NCBI GenBank assembly: GCA_963775425.1
Contig: CAVZJB010000013.1
Coordinates: 160,001-224,000, forward strand
From: an uncultured delta proteobacterium
Lineage (GTDB): Bacteria > Myxococcota > UBA727 > VGSZ01
Direction of reading: 5' to 3'
Length of the DNA: 64,000 bases
The position numbers and the translations under genes are program-made. This document shows, in pieces, positions 10,905 through 20,626 of the stretch. Under the pieces are notes generated by a model that had not been told where the DNA came from, did no database searches, and saw only the letters and a list, made by a program, of their open reading frames with translations. The stretch's first letter is position 1; each line of letters begins with the position of its first letter.

Positions 10905-12421
10905 CCCCCCGCTCCCCTCGTGGCCGCTTCTCTCGTGGCCGCCATCCCGGCTGGGCGCTGGCCGCCGTCCTGGCTTCGTTCGCGCTGCAGTTGTCGTGCG
11001 CCGGGCCGGGCATCGAGCGCCAGGCCGACGTCGTCAGGAACGACATCGACAAGGCCCGCAAGTCCGGCGCCTACCAGTGCGCGCCGCGCGAGCTGGCCAT
11101 GGCGGAGACCAGCGTCGACTTCGCCGAAAACGAGCTCGCCGAGGGCGACTTCCTGCGCGCCCGCGAGCACATCGACGTCGCGGTGGAAAACGCCAACCTC
11201 GCGCTCGCCAACTCCAAGGACTGCGCGCCCAAGCGCGTCCTCATCAAGACCAAGACGGACAAGGACGGCGACGGCATCCTCGACGACGTCGACGCCTGCC
11301 CCGAGCAGCCCGAGGACAAGGACCTGTTCGAGGACGAGGACGGCTGCCCCGATCCCGACAACGACAAGGACGGCATCCTCGACCCGCTCGACAAGTGCCC
11401 GAACACGCCCGGACCCAAGGAGAACGACGGCTGTCCCTACGGCGACCGCGACGGCGACGGCATCCCGGACAACACCGACGCCTGCCCCGACGCGCCCGAG
11501 GACAAGGACGGCGACCGCGACGACGACGGCCGCCCCGACGTGGACGTCGACGGCGACGGCGTCGAGGACTGCGTGGCCGGCTGCCCGCTTTTGCCCACCA
11601 AGGACGCCGCCGGCAACGAGGTGCCGCCGCCCAAGTGCGACATGTGCACCACCGGGACGCCCGAGACCACCAAGGAAGACAAGGACGGCTTCGAGGACGA
11701 CGACGGCTGCCCCGACATCGACAACGACAAGGACGGCATCCTCGACACCGCCGACGCCTGCCCGAACGATCCCGGACCGCCGGAGACCAAGGGCTGCCCC
11801 GACCGCGACGGCGACAAGATCGCCGACAAGGACGACAAGTGTCCGGACCAGCCGGGCGTCGAGCGCAAGGACAAGCCCGAGCTCAACGGCTGCCCGCGCG
11901 GCGACAAGGACGGCGACCGCTTCTTCGACGACGAGGACGCGTGCCCCGACCAGCCGGGCGTGAGCTGGGAGCAGAACCCCGAGTGGAAGAAGAAGCACCC
12001 GAAGGGGGGCAACGGCTGCCCGCCGCCGCTCACCCTCGTCGTCATCAAGCAGTGCAAGATCGAGATCAAGCAGCAGCCGCGCTTCGATACGGCCAAGGCC
12101 AACATCAGGCCGCAGAGCGCGGAGCTGTTGCGCCAGGTGGCCACCGCCATCCGCACCATGCAGGACATCAAGAAGATCGTCATCGAGGGCCACACCGACG
12201 ACGTGGGCAATGACGACTACAACATGAACCTCTCGCAGGACCGCGCGAACTCCGTGCGCCTGTGGCTCATCGACAAGGAGCACCTCGATCCGGCCAAGCT
12301 CGAGAGCGCGGGCTACGGCGAGTCGAGGCCCATCGCCTCCAACCGCACCGCCCAGGGCCGCGCGCAGAACCGCCGCGTCGAGTTCCGGGTGGTGCGCGAA
12401 GGCTGCGAAGACAAACCCTAG
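10901..12421 (+). CDS. OmpA-family lipoprotein (DUF4398 + thrombospondin type-3 repeats + OmpA C-terminal domain)
   Basis: Lipobox LQLSC; many DxDGDGIxDxxDxCP repeats; IEGHTDD...NMNLSQDRANSV...GYGESRPIASN...GRAQNRRVEF. Confidence 0.9.
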   Translation: MTPRSPRGRFSRGRHPGWALAAVLASFALQLSCAGPGIERQADVVRNDIDKARKSGAYQCAPRELAMAETSVDFAENELAEGDFLRAREHIDVAVENANLALANSKDCAPKRVLIKTKTDKDGDGILDDVDACPEQPEDKDLFEDEDGCPDPDNDKDGILDPLDKCPNTPGPKENDGCPYGDRDGDGIPDNTDACPDAPEDKDGDRDDDGRPDVDVDGDGVEDCVAGCPLLPTKDAAGNEVPPPKCDMCTTGTPETTKEDKDGFEDDDGCPDIDNDKDGILDTADACPNDPGPPETKGCPDRDGDKIADKDDKCPDQPGVERKDKPELNGCPRGDKDGDRFFDDEDACPDQPGVSWEQNPEWKKKHPKGGNGCPPPLTLVVIKQCKIEIKQQPRFDTAKANIRPQSAELLRQVATAIRTMQDIKKIVIEGHTDDVGNDDYNMNLSQDRANSVRLWLIDKEHLDPAKLESAGYGESRPIASNRTAQGRAQNRRVEFRVVREGCEDKP

Positions 12422-12425
12422 CGGG

Positions 12426-13910
12426 TCAGGGCACGAGCTCGCACACGAACGGGTGCGGATCGAAGCTCGGGCTGCAGTCGACGTCCTTCCACACGAGCCC
12501 CGTGTCCACGCGCACGCAGTCCTCGCCCACGAGGTTGGTCGGCTGGCCCGGGCCGAAGCCGTCGATCTCGAGGGGCGCGCCGTCGATCCAGTGGAAGTCC
12601 GTGTTGTCGAGCGGGTCGACGAGGCCGATCCAGTAGTCGAGCGCGCCGAGCGCGAGCATGTTGGACGCGACCATCTGCTCCTCGGCGAGCCCGGTGCCCT
12701 CGAAGATGGCGAGCGTGCCCGCGGGCGTGGCCGCCTGGCACTGCGCCTCGGCGCCGGGCTCGTCGGTGGCGATGCCGGTGCAAAACGCGTAGCGCTCGCC
12801 GCCGAAGTCGACGAAGGGGCACGTGCAGCCCGTCTGGCGCGCGAGGTCGGCGTCGTCGCAGTCCACCGTCGCCGAGCACGCCGGCAACAGCTCCGCGGGC
12901 GGCCCGGCCGGAGGCGGGGCCGCGCAGGCGAGCGTCGGCAGCAGCAGGGTGGCGAGGTCGCCGTCGGCGTCGGCGAAGCCGCCGAAGAGCGCGGCGACGG
13001 CGGCGTCGGCATCGTCGCAGTCGAGGCCGGCGGCGCAGCCTTCGCCGCGGCCGTCGCCGTCGACGTCGACGCACGGGCCCTGCGCGGGCGGCTGCGGCGC
13101 GAGCTCGCAGACGTAGGGGCGATCGGACTTGCACTCGAGGTCGTTGAACAGCCCGTCGGGCCGAAGCTCGCCGCAGTCCTCGTCGCCGTCGAGGTTGTTG
13201 GGCTCGTCGCCGGCGAAGCCCGCGTACGTCAGGGGCGTGCCGTCGTCCCACTCAAAGTCGCCGGCGCCGCCGGGCTGCGTCAGGCCCATCCACACGCCGA
13301 TGGACGCGGCGAACGCCGCGGCGACGTCGTGCGCCTCCTGCTCCTGCTCGAAGCGGGCGAGGTGGTAGCCGCGGGCGGCGCAGCGCTCCTGCGCCTGGGC
13401 GAACGTGGCGACGTCGGGGCACAGCTCGTACAGCACGCCGCCCACCTCCTGGCGCTCGCACGCGCACACGGCGCCGTTGTCGACGACGCCGTCGCAGTCG
13501 TTGTCGACGCCGTCGCACTCCTCGACGTGATCCTCCGCGCGCCGCGGGTCGGCGTCGTCGCAGTCGGCGACGAGGCAGCCGTCGCCCGCGCCGTCGCCGT
13601 CCGCGTCGACGCACGCGGTGCCGGCGTCGTCACCGGTCGTGCCGGCGTCTTCGCCGTCGAGCGCGCCACCGTCGACGATGCCCGCGTCCCCGGCGGCGCC
13701 GGCGTCCCCGGCCGCGCCGGCGTCGTCGGGGCCGTGGGCGCCGGCGTCGTCGGGGCCGAGCGCGGCGTCGGGGCCGACGCAGACGCGCTCGAGGCAGACC
13801 TCACCCACGCGGCAGTCCGCGTTGGCGTCGCACGCGAGCAGGAACGTGTCGCAGCCCTGGCACGACGCGGCGAGGCCCAGGAGGGTGGCGAGGACGGCGA
13901 CGAGGCGCAC
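12426..13910 (-). CDS. Cys-rich lipoprotein with two C-type lectin domains and MopE-like metal-binding repeats
   Basis: Lipobox LAASC; WMGL...WDDG...EPNN..EDC...FND.C and WIGL...WIDG...QP..EDCV...WKDVDC CTLD motifs; CDGVDNDCDG repeats. Confidence 0.85.
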   Translation of the reverse strand: MRLVAVLATLLGLAASCQGCDTFLLACDANADCRVGEVCLERVCVGPDAALGPDDAGAHGPDDAGAAGDAGAAGDAGIVDGGALDGEDAGTTGDDAGTACVDADGDGAGDGCLVADCDDADPRRAEDHVEECDGVDNDCDGVVDNGAVCACERQEVGGVLYELCPDVATFAQAQERCAARGYHLARFEQEQEAHDVAAAFAASIGVWMGLTQPGGAGDFEWDDGTPLTYAGFAGDEPNNLDGDEDCGELRPDGLFNDLECKSDRPYVCELAPQPPAQGPCVDVDGDGRGEGCAAGLDCDDADAAVAALFGGFADADGDLATLLLPTLACAAPPPAGPPAELLPACSATVDCDDADLARQTGCTCPFVDFGGERYAFCTGIATDEPGAEAQCQAATPAGTLAIFEGTGLAEEQMVASNMLALGALDYWIGLVDPLDNTDFHWIDGAPLEIDGFGPGQPTNLVGEDCVRVDTGLVWKDVDCSPSFDPHPFVCELVP

Positions 13911-14093
13911 GCCGGAAATGTACAGCCGCGCGCGCCCCGAAGGCTTCGGTCAGGCGGCGTCGCGGACCGCGGTGTGGTGCGCGTCACCGCCGGGCCGCTC
14001 GAGCGCGGGCGATCACCGCGGGCGACGACGTCGACGCGCGGCGCGACACGTTCGAGGGGGCCGCGCTCCGCTCGGTCGCGGTACGCTCGCGCG

Positions 14094-14927
14094 ATGCGCG
14101 CCCCCGCCGTGCTCGTCTTTGCGTTGGCCTCGACCGCGTGGGCGCAGCAAGCCCCGAACCCCGTGCCCATGCCCGCGCCGGGCGCGCCGCCGCCCGCGCC
14201 CGCCGCGCCGGTGCCGCGGCCCATCGAGCCGCTCGTCCCCGAGGCGCCGCCCGAGGAGGGCCCGGCGCGGCCCGGCGGCGAAAAGCCCGGCGAAGGCAAG
14301 CCCGACGGCAAAAGGCCCGGCGACCACGAGGCGCCCAAGCCCGACGTCAGCACCGGCGGCTTCGGCGCCGGACCCTGCTGGGGCGCCGCCACCGGCTGCG
14401 CCGCCCTCGGCTGCCTCCCCGGCCTCGGCACCGGCGTCGGCGCGGGCATCTTCCTCACCACCATCAGCGCCGCGCTCGCGCAGGGCGGCGCCGGCGGCGT
14501 GTGCCTCGCCGTCGTCGGCGTCACCGGCGGCGTCGTCGTCGGCGCCCCGAGCGCCGTCGCGCTCGGCCCGTGCGCCTCGGGCGGCGCGCTCGTCGGCGGC
14601 CTCGTCGGCGCCGGCGCCGACGACCGGGACCTCGGCCCCGTCTTCCTCGGCGCCCTGCCCGGCCTCGGCGCCGGCCTGCTCGCGTCGGCGGGGGCGATCT
14701 GGGGCCTCGTCGTGCTGTCGAACACCTCGGGCGACTTCCTCACGCCCGCGCTCATCCTCGGCACCTCCACCGCGCTCGCCCTGGCCGCGGGCCCGGTCAC
14801 CGTTGCCGGCATCACCGTCTCCGACGGCTTCGCCGGCGATCACCCGCGCGCGCCGTCGAAGAGGCCGCACGATGAGCCCGGCGACGACAAGCCCGGCGCC
14901 GTCATCGACACCCTCATGCGGTACTGA
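14094..14927 (+). CDS. Exported/membrane protein with Pro-rich N-terminus and Gly/Cys-rich hydrophobic helices
   Basis: Signal MRAPAVLVFALASTAWA; TACGCT box 6 nt upstream; codon bias. Confidence 0.7.
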   Translation: MRAPAVLVFALASTAWAQQAPNPVPMPAPGAPPPAPAAPVPRPIEPLVPEAPPEEGPARPGGEKPGEGKPDGKRPGDHEAPKPDVSTGGFGAGPCWGAATGCAALGCLPGLGTGVGAGIFLTTISAALAQGGAGGVCLAVVGVTGGVVVGAPSAVALGPCASGGALVGGLVGAGADDRDLGPVFLGALPGLGAGLLASAGAIWGLVVLSNTSGDFLTPALILGTSTALALAAGPVTVAGITVSDGFAGDHPRAPSKRPHDEPGDDKPGAVIDTLMRY

Positions 14928-14992
14928 CATGCGCGCCTGACGCGTCACGCGGGTCTCGCGTTTGTCGGGCGACCTGTGCGAGGGTCCGCCCC

Positions 14993-16360
14993 ATGCGATC
15001 CCTCCCCTATGCACTCGTAGCATCGACGTTGTGGGCGGCGGCGGCGTCGGCGGGCCCCATCCAGGTGTCGGTGGACAAGTCCACTCTCAAAAACGGCCTC
15101 ACCGTGCTGCTCAGCGAGGACCACAGCGTCCCGCGCGTCTACATGAGCCTGCGCTTCCGCGTCGGCAGCGGACGCGAGACCCCGGGCCGCACCGGCTTCG
15201 CGCACCTCTTCGAGCACTTGATGTTCGAAGGCAGCGAGCACGTCCCCGAGGGCAAGTTCGACCAGTGGCTCGAGGCCGCCGGCGGCGACAACAACGCCTT
15301 CACCAGCGAGGACGAGACCTACTACTTCGAGGAGGTGCCGTCGAACGCGGTGGACCTGCCGCTGTTCCTCGACAGCGACCGCATGGGCTTCCTCATCGCC
15401 AAGCTCGCCCCCGACTTCGTCGACGGCCAGCGCGACGTCGTCAAAAACGAGATGCGCCAGAGCATCCTGAACCGGCCCTGGGGCATCGGCGAGCTGCTGT
15501 TGCCGCCGGCGCTGTTCCCCAAGGGCCACCCGTACTCGTGGCCCGTCATCGGCTCCATGGACGACCTCACCAAGGCGTCCATCGACGACGTCAAGGCGTT
15601 CTGGACCAAGTGGTACTCGCCGGGCAACGCCATCCTCACCGTGGTGGGCGACTTCGACACCAAGGAGATGAAGAAGAAGGTCGAGCACTGGTACAGCGAC
15701 GTCCCCGCCCGCGGCTCGCCGCCGAAGCCCGCGCCCGCGCCGGCGTCGCTCGCGGGCGAAAAGCGCGTCGTCGCCGAGGACAACTTCGCGCCGCTGCCCA
15801 AGCTCACCATCGCGTGGCCGAGCGTGGCCCTGTACGCCCCCGACGACGCCAGCCTCGACCTCGCCGCCAACGTGCTGTCGCAGGGCGCCGGGTCGCGGCT
15901 GCAAAAGCGCCTCGTGCACGACCTGCAGATCGCGCAGAACGTGAGCGTCTACCAGCACTCCATGGAGCGCACCGGAGAGTTCGTCGTCGAGGTCATCGCG
16001 CAGCCCGACGTCAAGCTCTCGCGCATCCTCGCCGTCGTCGACGAGGAGCTCGCAAAGCTCGAGAAGGACGGCATCAAGGACGACGAGCTCGCGCGGGCCA
16101 AGACCCAGATCGAGACCAGCACCGCCGACGCCCTCGACAGCCTCAACGAGAAGGCCTCGCGCATCTCCACCTACGAAGCGTACTTCGGCCAGCCCGACGG
16201 CTTCGAGCGCGACCTCGCGCGTTACCGCGCGGCCACGCCCGCCTCCATCGTCGACGTCGTCAAGAGGCGGCTCGGCAAGGGGCGCGTGGTGATGAGCATC
16301 GTGCCCAAGGGCCACCTCGACCTCGCCGTCATCAACCCCGTGAAGGAGGGTGCCGAATGA
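14993..16360 (+). CDS. M16 (pitrilysin-like) zinc peptidase, catalytic subunit
   Basis: TLKNGLTV...GSGRE..GRTGFAHLFEHLMFEGS (HxxEH), NAFTS.D.T.Y; signal peptide. Confidence 0.93.
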   Translation: MRSLPYALVASTLWAAAASAGPIQVSVDKSTLKNGLTVLLSEDHSVPRVYMSLRFRVGSGRETPGRTGFAHLFEHLMFEGSEHVPEGKFDQWLEAAGGDNNAFTSEDETYYFEEVPSNAVDLPLFLDSDRMGFLIAKLAPDFVDGQRDVVKNEMRQSILNRPWGIGELLLPPALFPKGHPYSWPVIGSMDDLTKASIDDVKAFWTKWYSPGNAILTVVGDFDTKEMKKKVEHWYSDVPARGSPPKPAPAPASLAGEKRVVAEDNFAPLPKLTIAWPSVALYAPDDASLDLAANVLSQGAGSRLQKRLVHDLQIAQNVSVYQHSMERTGEFVVEVIAQPDVKLSRILAVVDEELAKLEKDGIKDDELARAKTQIETSTADALDSLNEKASRISTYEAYFGQPDGFERDLARYRAATPASIVDVVKRRLGKGRVVMSIVPKGHLDLAVINPVKEGAE

Positions 16361-17832
16361 TCTCCACTCTCGCCCTCGCCGCCGTCGTCGCCACCGCCAC
16401 CGCCACCGCCGCCGCCCCCGCGGCCCCCGACCGCTCGGCGCCGCCGAAGCCGGGGCCGGTGCGCCCCTTCAAGATCGAAAAGCCCCAGGAGCTGACGCTC
16501 AAAAACGGCATGCGCGTGTTGTTCCTGCACCGCACCCGCGCGCCGCTCGTCGACATCGTCGCCACGCTCCCCGCCGGCGTCGCCGAAGACCCGATGGAGC
16601 TGCCGGGCCTCGCGATGTGGACCGCGAACATGCTCACCGAGGGCGCGGGCGACATGGACTCCATCGCGTTCTCGGACGCGGAGCAGGCCATCGGCGCCCA
16701 GATCTTCTCGGGCGCGGGCATCGACAGCGCCACCGCGGGGCTGCACGTGTCGTCGGCCAAGCTCTCGGACGGGCTGAAGCTGTTCGCCACGGCGCTCATG
16801 CAGCCGCGCTTTGACGCCAAGGAGTGGCAGCGCATCCAGCACCAGACCTTCGGCTTCTTCATGTACCAGTCGCAGGAGCCGCAGCAGCTCGTGGAGCTCG
16901 CCGGCGGCCTCGAGGACTGGGGCAAGGACAACCGCCTCGGCGTCAACATCATGGGGACGCCGCACGCGTTGGTGAAGACCACCACGGCGGACATGAAGAG
17001 CTTCTACACGGCGCACTACCGCCCCGACACCGTCACGCTCGTCGTCGTCGGCGACGTCAGCAAGAGCGCGCTCAAGAAGCTCCTCGAGGAGGACTTCGGC
17101 GCGTGGACGGCCACGGGCAAGCCGCCGGAGCAAAAGAAGCTGGCCGGCCCGGTGGCGCTCACAAAGACCACCGTCGTCACCGTCGACGTCAAAAACGCGC
17201 CGCAAACGGTGCTGCGCGTGCAGAACCCGGCGCCCCCGGACCTCAAGCCGTACACGCCCGACGTCGTCGTGATGAACACGCTGCTCGGCGGCTCGTTCAC
17301 CTCGCGCCTCAACCAGAACCTGCGCGAGCAGCACGGCTACACCTACGGCGCCGGCTCCCGCATGATCCTTTTGCCCTACGGCAACGTCTTCATGGCGCGC
17401 GCCGCGGTGGCCACGCCGGTGACGGCGCCTGCGCTCAAGGAGATGATGGGCGAGCTCGAGCGCATCCGCACGCCGGCCACCGCCGAAGAGGTCGATCGCG
17501 CGCGCACGCTGGCGGCGCTGTCCATCCCGTCGGAGTTCGACAACGGCCGCTCCACCGCCACGCTGTGGGCGCAGATCGTCTCCGAGAAGCTCGACCTCGA
17601 CCGTGTGCAGAAGTTCATGGACGAGGCGCCCAAGGTCGACGTGAAGCAGGTGCAGGCGGTGGCCGGAGCGGTCGTCAAGCCTGACGCCTGCACCATCGTC
17701 GCCGTCGGCGACATGTCCAAGGTCGGCAAGGACCTCGCATCGTTCGGCCCGGTGAAGACGCTCAGCGTCGACGAGCTCCTGCCGGGCCTCAAGGAAGCCA
17801 TGAAGGCCTTCGGCGGCCCCTCGGGCGAGTGA
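16357..17832 (+). CDS. M16 peptidase, non-catalytic partner subunit
   Basis: TLKNGMRV, LGGSFTSRLNQNLREQHGYTYGA; lacks HxxEH; ATGA overlap. Confidence 0.9.
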   Translation: MISTLALAAVVATATATAAAPAAPDRSAPPKPGPVRPFKIEKPQELTLKNGMRVLFLHRTRAPLVDIVATLPAGVAEDPMELPGLAMWTANMLTEGAGDMDSIAFSDAEQAIGAQIFSGAGIDSATAGLHVSSAKLSDGLKLFATALMQPRFDAKEWQRIQHQTFGFFMYQSQEPQQLVELAGGLEDWGKDNRLGVNIMGTPHALVKTTTADMKSFYTAHYRPDTVTLVVVGDVSKSALKKLLEEDFGAWTATGKPPEQKKLAGPVALTKTTVVTVDVKNAPQTVLRVQNPAPPDLKPYTPDVVVMNTLLGGSFTSRLNQNLREQHGYTYGAGSRMILLPYGNVFMARAAVATPVTAPALKEMMGELERIRTPATAEEVDRARTLAALSIPSEFDNGRSTATLWAQIVSEKLDLDRVQKFMDEAPKVDVKQVQAVAGAVVKPDACTIVAVGDMSKVGKDLASFGPVKTLSVDELLPGLKEAMKAFGGPSGE

Positions 17833-20099
17833 CTCCCGTGGCGCGGGGCCCCGCCCCCCGAGGCGGACGAGCCGCCGCGCCACGCATCGGATGCGCGGCG
17901 GTGCTCGCGCTCGCCGCGGCGTGCGGCGGGTGCATCACCGACCGCATCCTCGTCGACGACGGCCACGGCGGGCTCGTCGCCGACCCACAGGAATTCGCGC
18001 GCGTGGAGGCGGAGACGGCGGCGCGGCGGCGCTTGCCGTTTTCGGCCGAGGTCCCCGCGGACGTGATGACGGTGAAGCAGTTGCGCGCGTGGTTCGACCG
18101 CTACGCCGACGCGCGCAAGGCCGAGCTCGAGAAGGAAGACCGCTTCTTCCACCGCACCAACATCCTGCCCCCGACGGTGAGCACGGCGCAGGCGTACAAG
18201 GGCTTCCTCGCGGACTTCGTCGGCGGCGTCTACGACGACAGCACCAAGCGCATGATCCTCGTGTCCGACTACGCCTGGTGGGCCAAGCTCCAACAGGACG
18301 CCGTCGGCTGGATCACCGGCAGGGACTGGGCGTACGAGGTCTTCCTCGCGCACGAGCTCACGCACGCGCTGCAGGATCAACACTTCGGCCTCGGTGACAT
18401 GCTCAAGGGCGGCGTCTACGACGACAACGACGACGCCGCGTTCGTTCGAAAGACCATCCTCGAGACCGAGGCCAACGTCGTCGGCATGTCGCACTTCCTG
18501 GGCATGGACCTCGAAAAGCTCGCCACGCGCAAGGCGTTCTTCCTGTTCATGCGCTACAACAACCTGCTGAACGGGCCGCTGTTGATGGCGCTGTCGGGGC
18601 GGACGCCGTCGTACTTCGCCAAGCAGGCGTTCTCGCAATACGAGCTCGGCTTGTCCTTCGTGGAGCAGAAGCTCGACGACGGCGGCATGGACGAGCTGTC
18701 CCGCGCGTACGTCCGCGTGCCCGGCACGCGCGGCGCGTTCCCCGAGAGCACCGAGCAGCTCCTGTGGCCGAGGAAGATGCGCTCGGACTCGCTCGACCGG
18801 CCCATCCCCATCGCCCGCCTGAAGGCGCCGCCCGCGGCGCTGCCCGGGTCGTCGCTCGTCGTGACCAACGTGTTCGGCGCGCTCGCGTTCAAGCACTGGC
18901 TCGACCACCTCGAGGGCCCCCTCGTCGGCGGCGCCGTCGCCGACGGCTGGGGCGGCGACCGCTGGGACATCATCGACGATCCCTCCGCGTGCCCCCCGGC
19001 GACGGGTGGTGCCGCGGCGACGCCCGCCGCGCCAGCGAGGAGGTGCGGGGCCAGCGTGCTCGTGTGGCGCACCACCTGGGACTCCGACGACGACGCCGCC
19101 CAGTTCTTCGACGCGTACAGCGCCGCCGTCCCCGAGCGCTACGGCGAGCGCGCCGCCGTCGTCGCCGGCTCCAGCGACACGCGGCGCGTCTACGCCGTGC
19201 CCGCGGCGCCGAAGGAAGAGCACCGCGTTCGCACCACCCGCGATGAGCGCGTGCTCGTCGAGCGCCGCGGCCGCGACGTCCTCGTCGTCGAGGGCACGGC
19301 GCCCGCCGCGCTCGCGCCGCTCGCCACGGAGATGTGGACGCAGCTCGTGCGCGGCGCGCCCCCCGCCATCGACGAGGACAAGCTCGCCGGCCGGCGCGCG
19401 GCGCTCGACAAGGACATCGCCGCCATGCACCGCGAGGGGACGGGCGCGCTCGCCGGCCCCGGCGTCGCGGGCCCGCCCGGCGACGACCTCCTGAGCCGGC
19501 TGTTTTTGCCCGCGCGGACCATGTCGCTGCGCCTCGGCGCGGGCGCCGGCATCGACGAGCGTGCGCCCGCCGGCGTGAACCCGCTGTTCCTCGTCAACGA
19601 CACCGAGATGCGCTGGGGCTTCCGCCCGCACCTCGAGCTGTCGTTGCCGCTGGCGCTCTCCGGCGAGGTGCGCACGGCGTTCGGCCAGAGCGTCGCCGGC
19701 GTGGCGCTGCGCTCGCTGTTTCCGTCGCCGAGCGTGTCGCTGTCGGCGTCACAGGCGCTGCCCCTCGGCGACGACCTCGTGCTCGCCGTGCAGGGCAGCC
19801 TCGACGACATCGGCGCGGTCCAGAGCGTCCGCGTCGCCGCCGGCGCCTTGATGCGGCCGTTTCACGCGCTCACCGTGAGCCCCGCCGTCGCCCGCATCGA
19901 AGGCGGCGGCGAAAAGACGCCCACCATCGTCGTCGGCGGCGCGCTCCGCCGCGGCACCGTGAGCGCGCCGCTCGCCGAGCTCGAGGTCATCGAGGGCCTG
20001 TACGTCTACGAGAGCAGCGCCCTGTTCTTCGACCAGAACCCGCGCGGCCTCTCCCTGCGCGCGCACACCCACGTGCTCGGGCTGCTGCTGTACTTCTGA
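17829..20099 (+). CDS. Lipoprotein zinc metalloprotease with probable C-terminal beta-barrel
   Basis: Lipobox ACGGC; LAHELTHALQDQHF...ETEA; C-terminal amphipathic strands ending LLLYF. Confidence 0.7.
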   Translation: MTPVARGPAPRGGRAAAPRIGCAAVLALAAACGGCITDRILVDDGHGGLVADPQEFARVEAETAARRRLPFSAEVPADVMTVKQLRAWFDRYADARKAELEKEDRFFHRTNILPPTVSTAQAYKGFLADFVGGVYDDSTKRMILVSDYAWWAKLQQDAVGWITGRDWAYEVFLAHELTHALQDQHFGLGDMLKGGVYDDNDDAAFVRKTILETEANVVGMSHFLGMDLEKLATRKAFFLFMRYNNLLNGPLLMALSGRTPSYFAKQAFSQYELGLSFVEQKLDDGGMDELSRAYVRVPGTRGAFPESTEQLLWPRKMRSDSLDRPIPIARLKAPPAALPGSSLVVTNVFGALAFKHWLDHLEGPLVGGAVADGWGGDRWDIIDDPSACPPATGGAAATPAAPARRCGASVLVWRTTWDSDDDAAQFFDAYSAAVPERYGERAAVVAGSSDTRRVYAVPAAPKEEHRVRTTRDERVLVERRGRDVLVVEGTAPAALAPLATEMWTQLVRGAPPAIDEDKLAGRRAALDKDIAAMHREGTGALAGPGVAGPPGDDLLSRLFLPARTMSLRLGAGAGIDERAPAGVNPLFLVNDTEMRWGFRPHLELSLPLALSGEVRTAFGQSVAGVALRSLFPSPSVSLSASQALPLGDDLVLAVQGSLDDIGAVQSVRVAAGALMRPFHALTVSPAVARIEGGGEKTPTIVVGGALRRGTVSAPLAELEVIEGLYVYESSALFFDQNPRGLSLRAHTHVLGLLLYF

Positions 20100-20122
20100 G
20101 CGCAGCGATCTCGCCGCAAGAA

Positions 20123-20617
20123 GCGGGGGACAAGCCCCCGCCCTACGACGCCCGCGTGACGCCGTCGACGACCCGCGTCGGAGAGCCCGCGTGACGCAGT
20201 CGACGACCCGCGTGACGCCGTCGACGACCCGCGTCGGAGAGCCCGCGTGACGCAGTCGACGACCCGCGTGACGCCGTCGACGACCCGCGTCGGAGAGCCC
20301 GCGTGACGCCGTCGACGACCCGCGTGACGCCGTCGACGACCCCGTGGGGCGGGGGCTTGTCCCCCGCGTCGGAGCGCCCGCGTGACGCCGTCGACGACCC
20401 GCGTCGGAGAGCCCGCGTGACGCCGTCGACGACCCGCGTGACGCCGTCGACGACCCGTAGGGCGGGGGGCTTGTCCCCCGCGTCGGAGAGCCCGCGTGAC
20501 GTCGTCGACGACCCCGTAGGGCGGGGGCTTGTCCCCCGCGTCGGAGAGCCCGCGTGACGTCGTCGACGACCCCGTAGGGCGGGGGCTTGTCCCCCGCGTC
20601 GGAGAGCCCGCGTGACG
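20123..20617. repeat. GTAG-type REP cluster (REPIN/BIME-like modular array)
   Basis: GTAGGGCGGGGGCTTGTCCCCCGC palindrome: inverted copy 20123-20146, direct copies near 20344 (GTGG variant), 20457, 20516 and 20574, interspersed with 21- and 14-nt modules; lies between convergent genes. Confidence 0.85.
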
Positions 20618-20626
20618 CCGCGAGGC

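Noticed and set aside
10458-13910. TraA/TraB kin-recognition pair
   Set aside because: The OmpA/TSP3 protein has a DUF4398-like lipoprotein N-terminus rather than a beta-barrel. The lectin protein is convergent and lacks a PA14-like domain and MYXO-CTERM.
20123-20617. CRISPR array
   Set aside because: No unique spacers: the intervening sequences are themselves repeats. No cas genes. The GTAG-palindrome structure fits REP elements.
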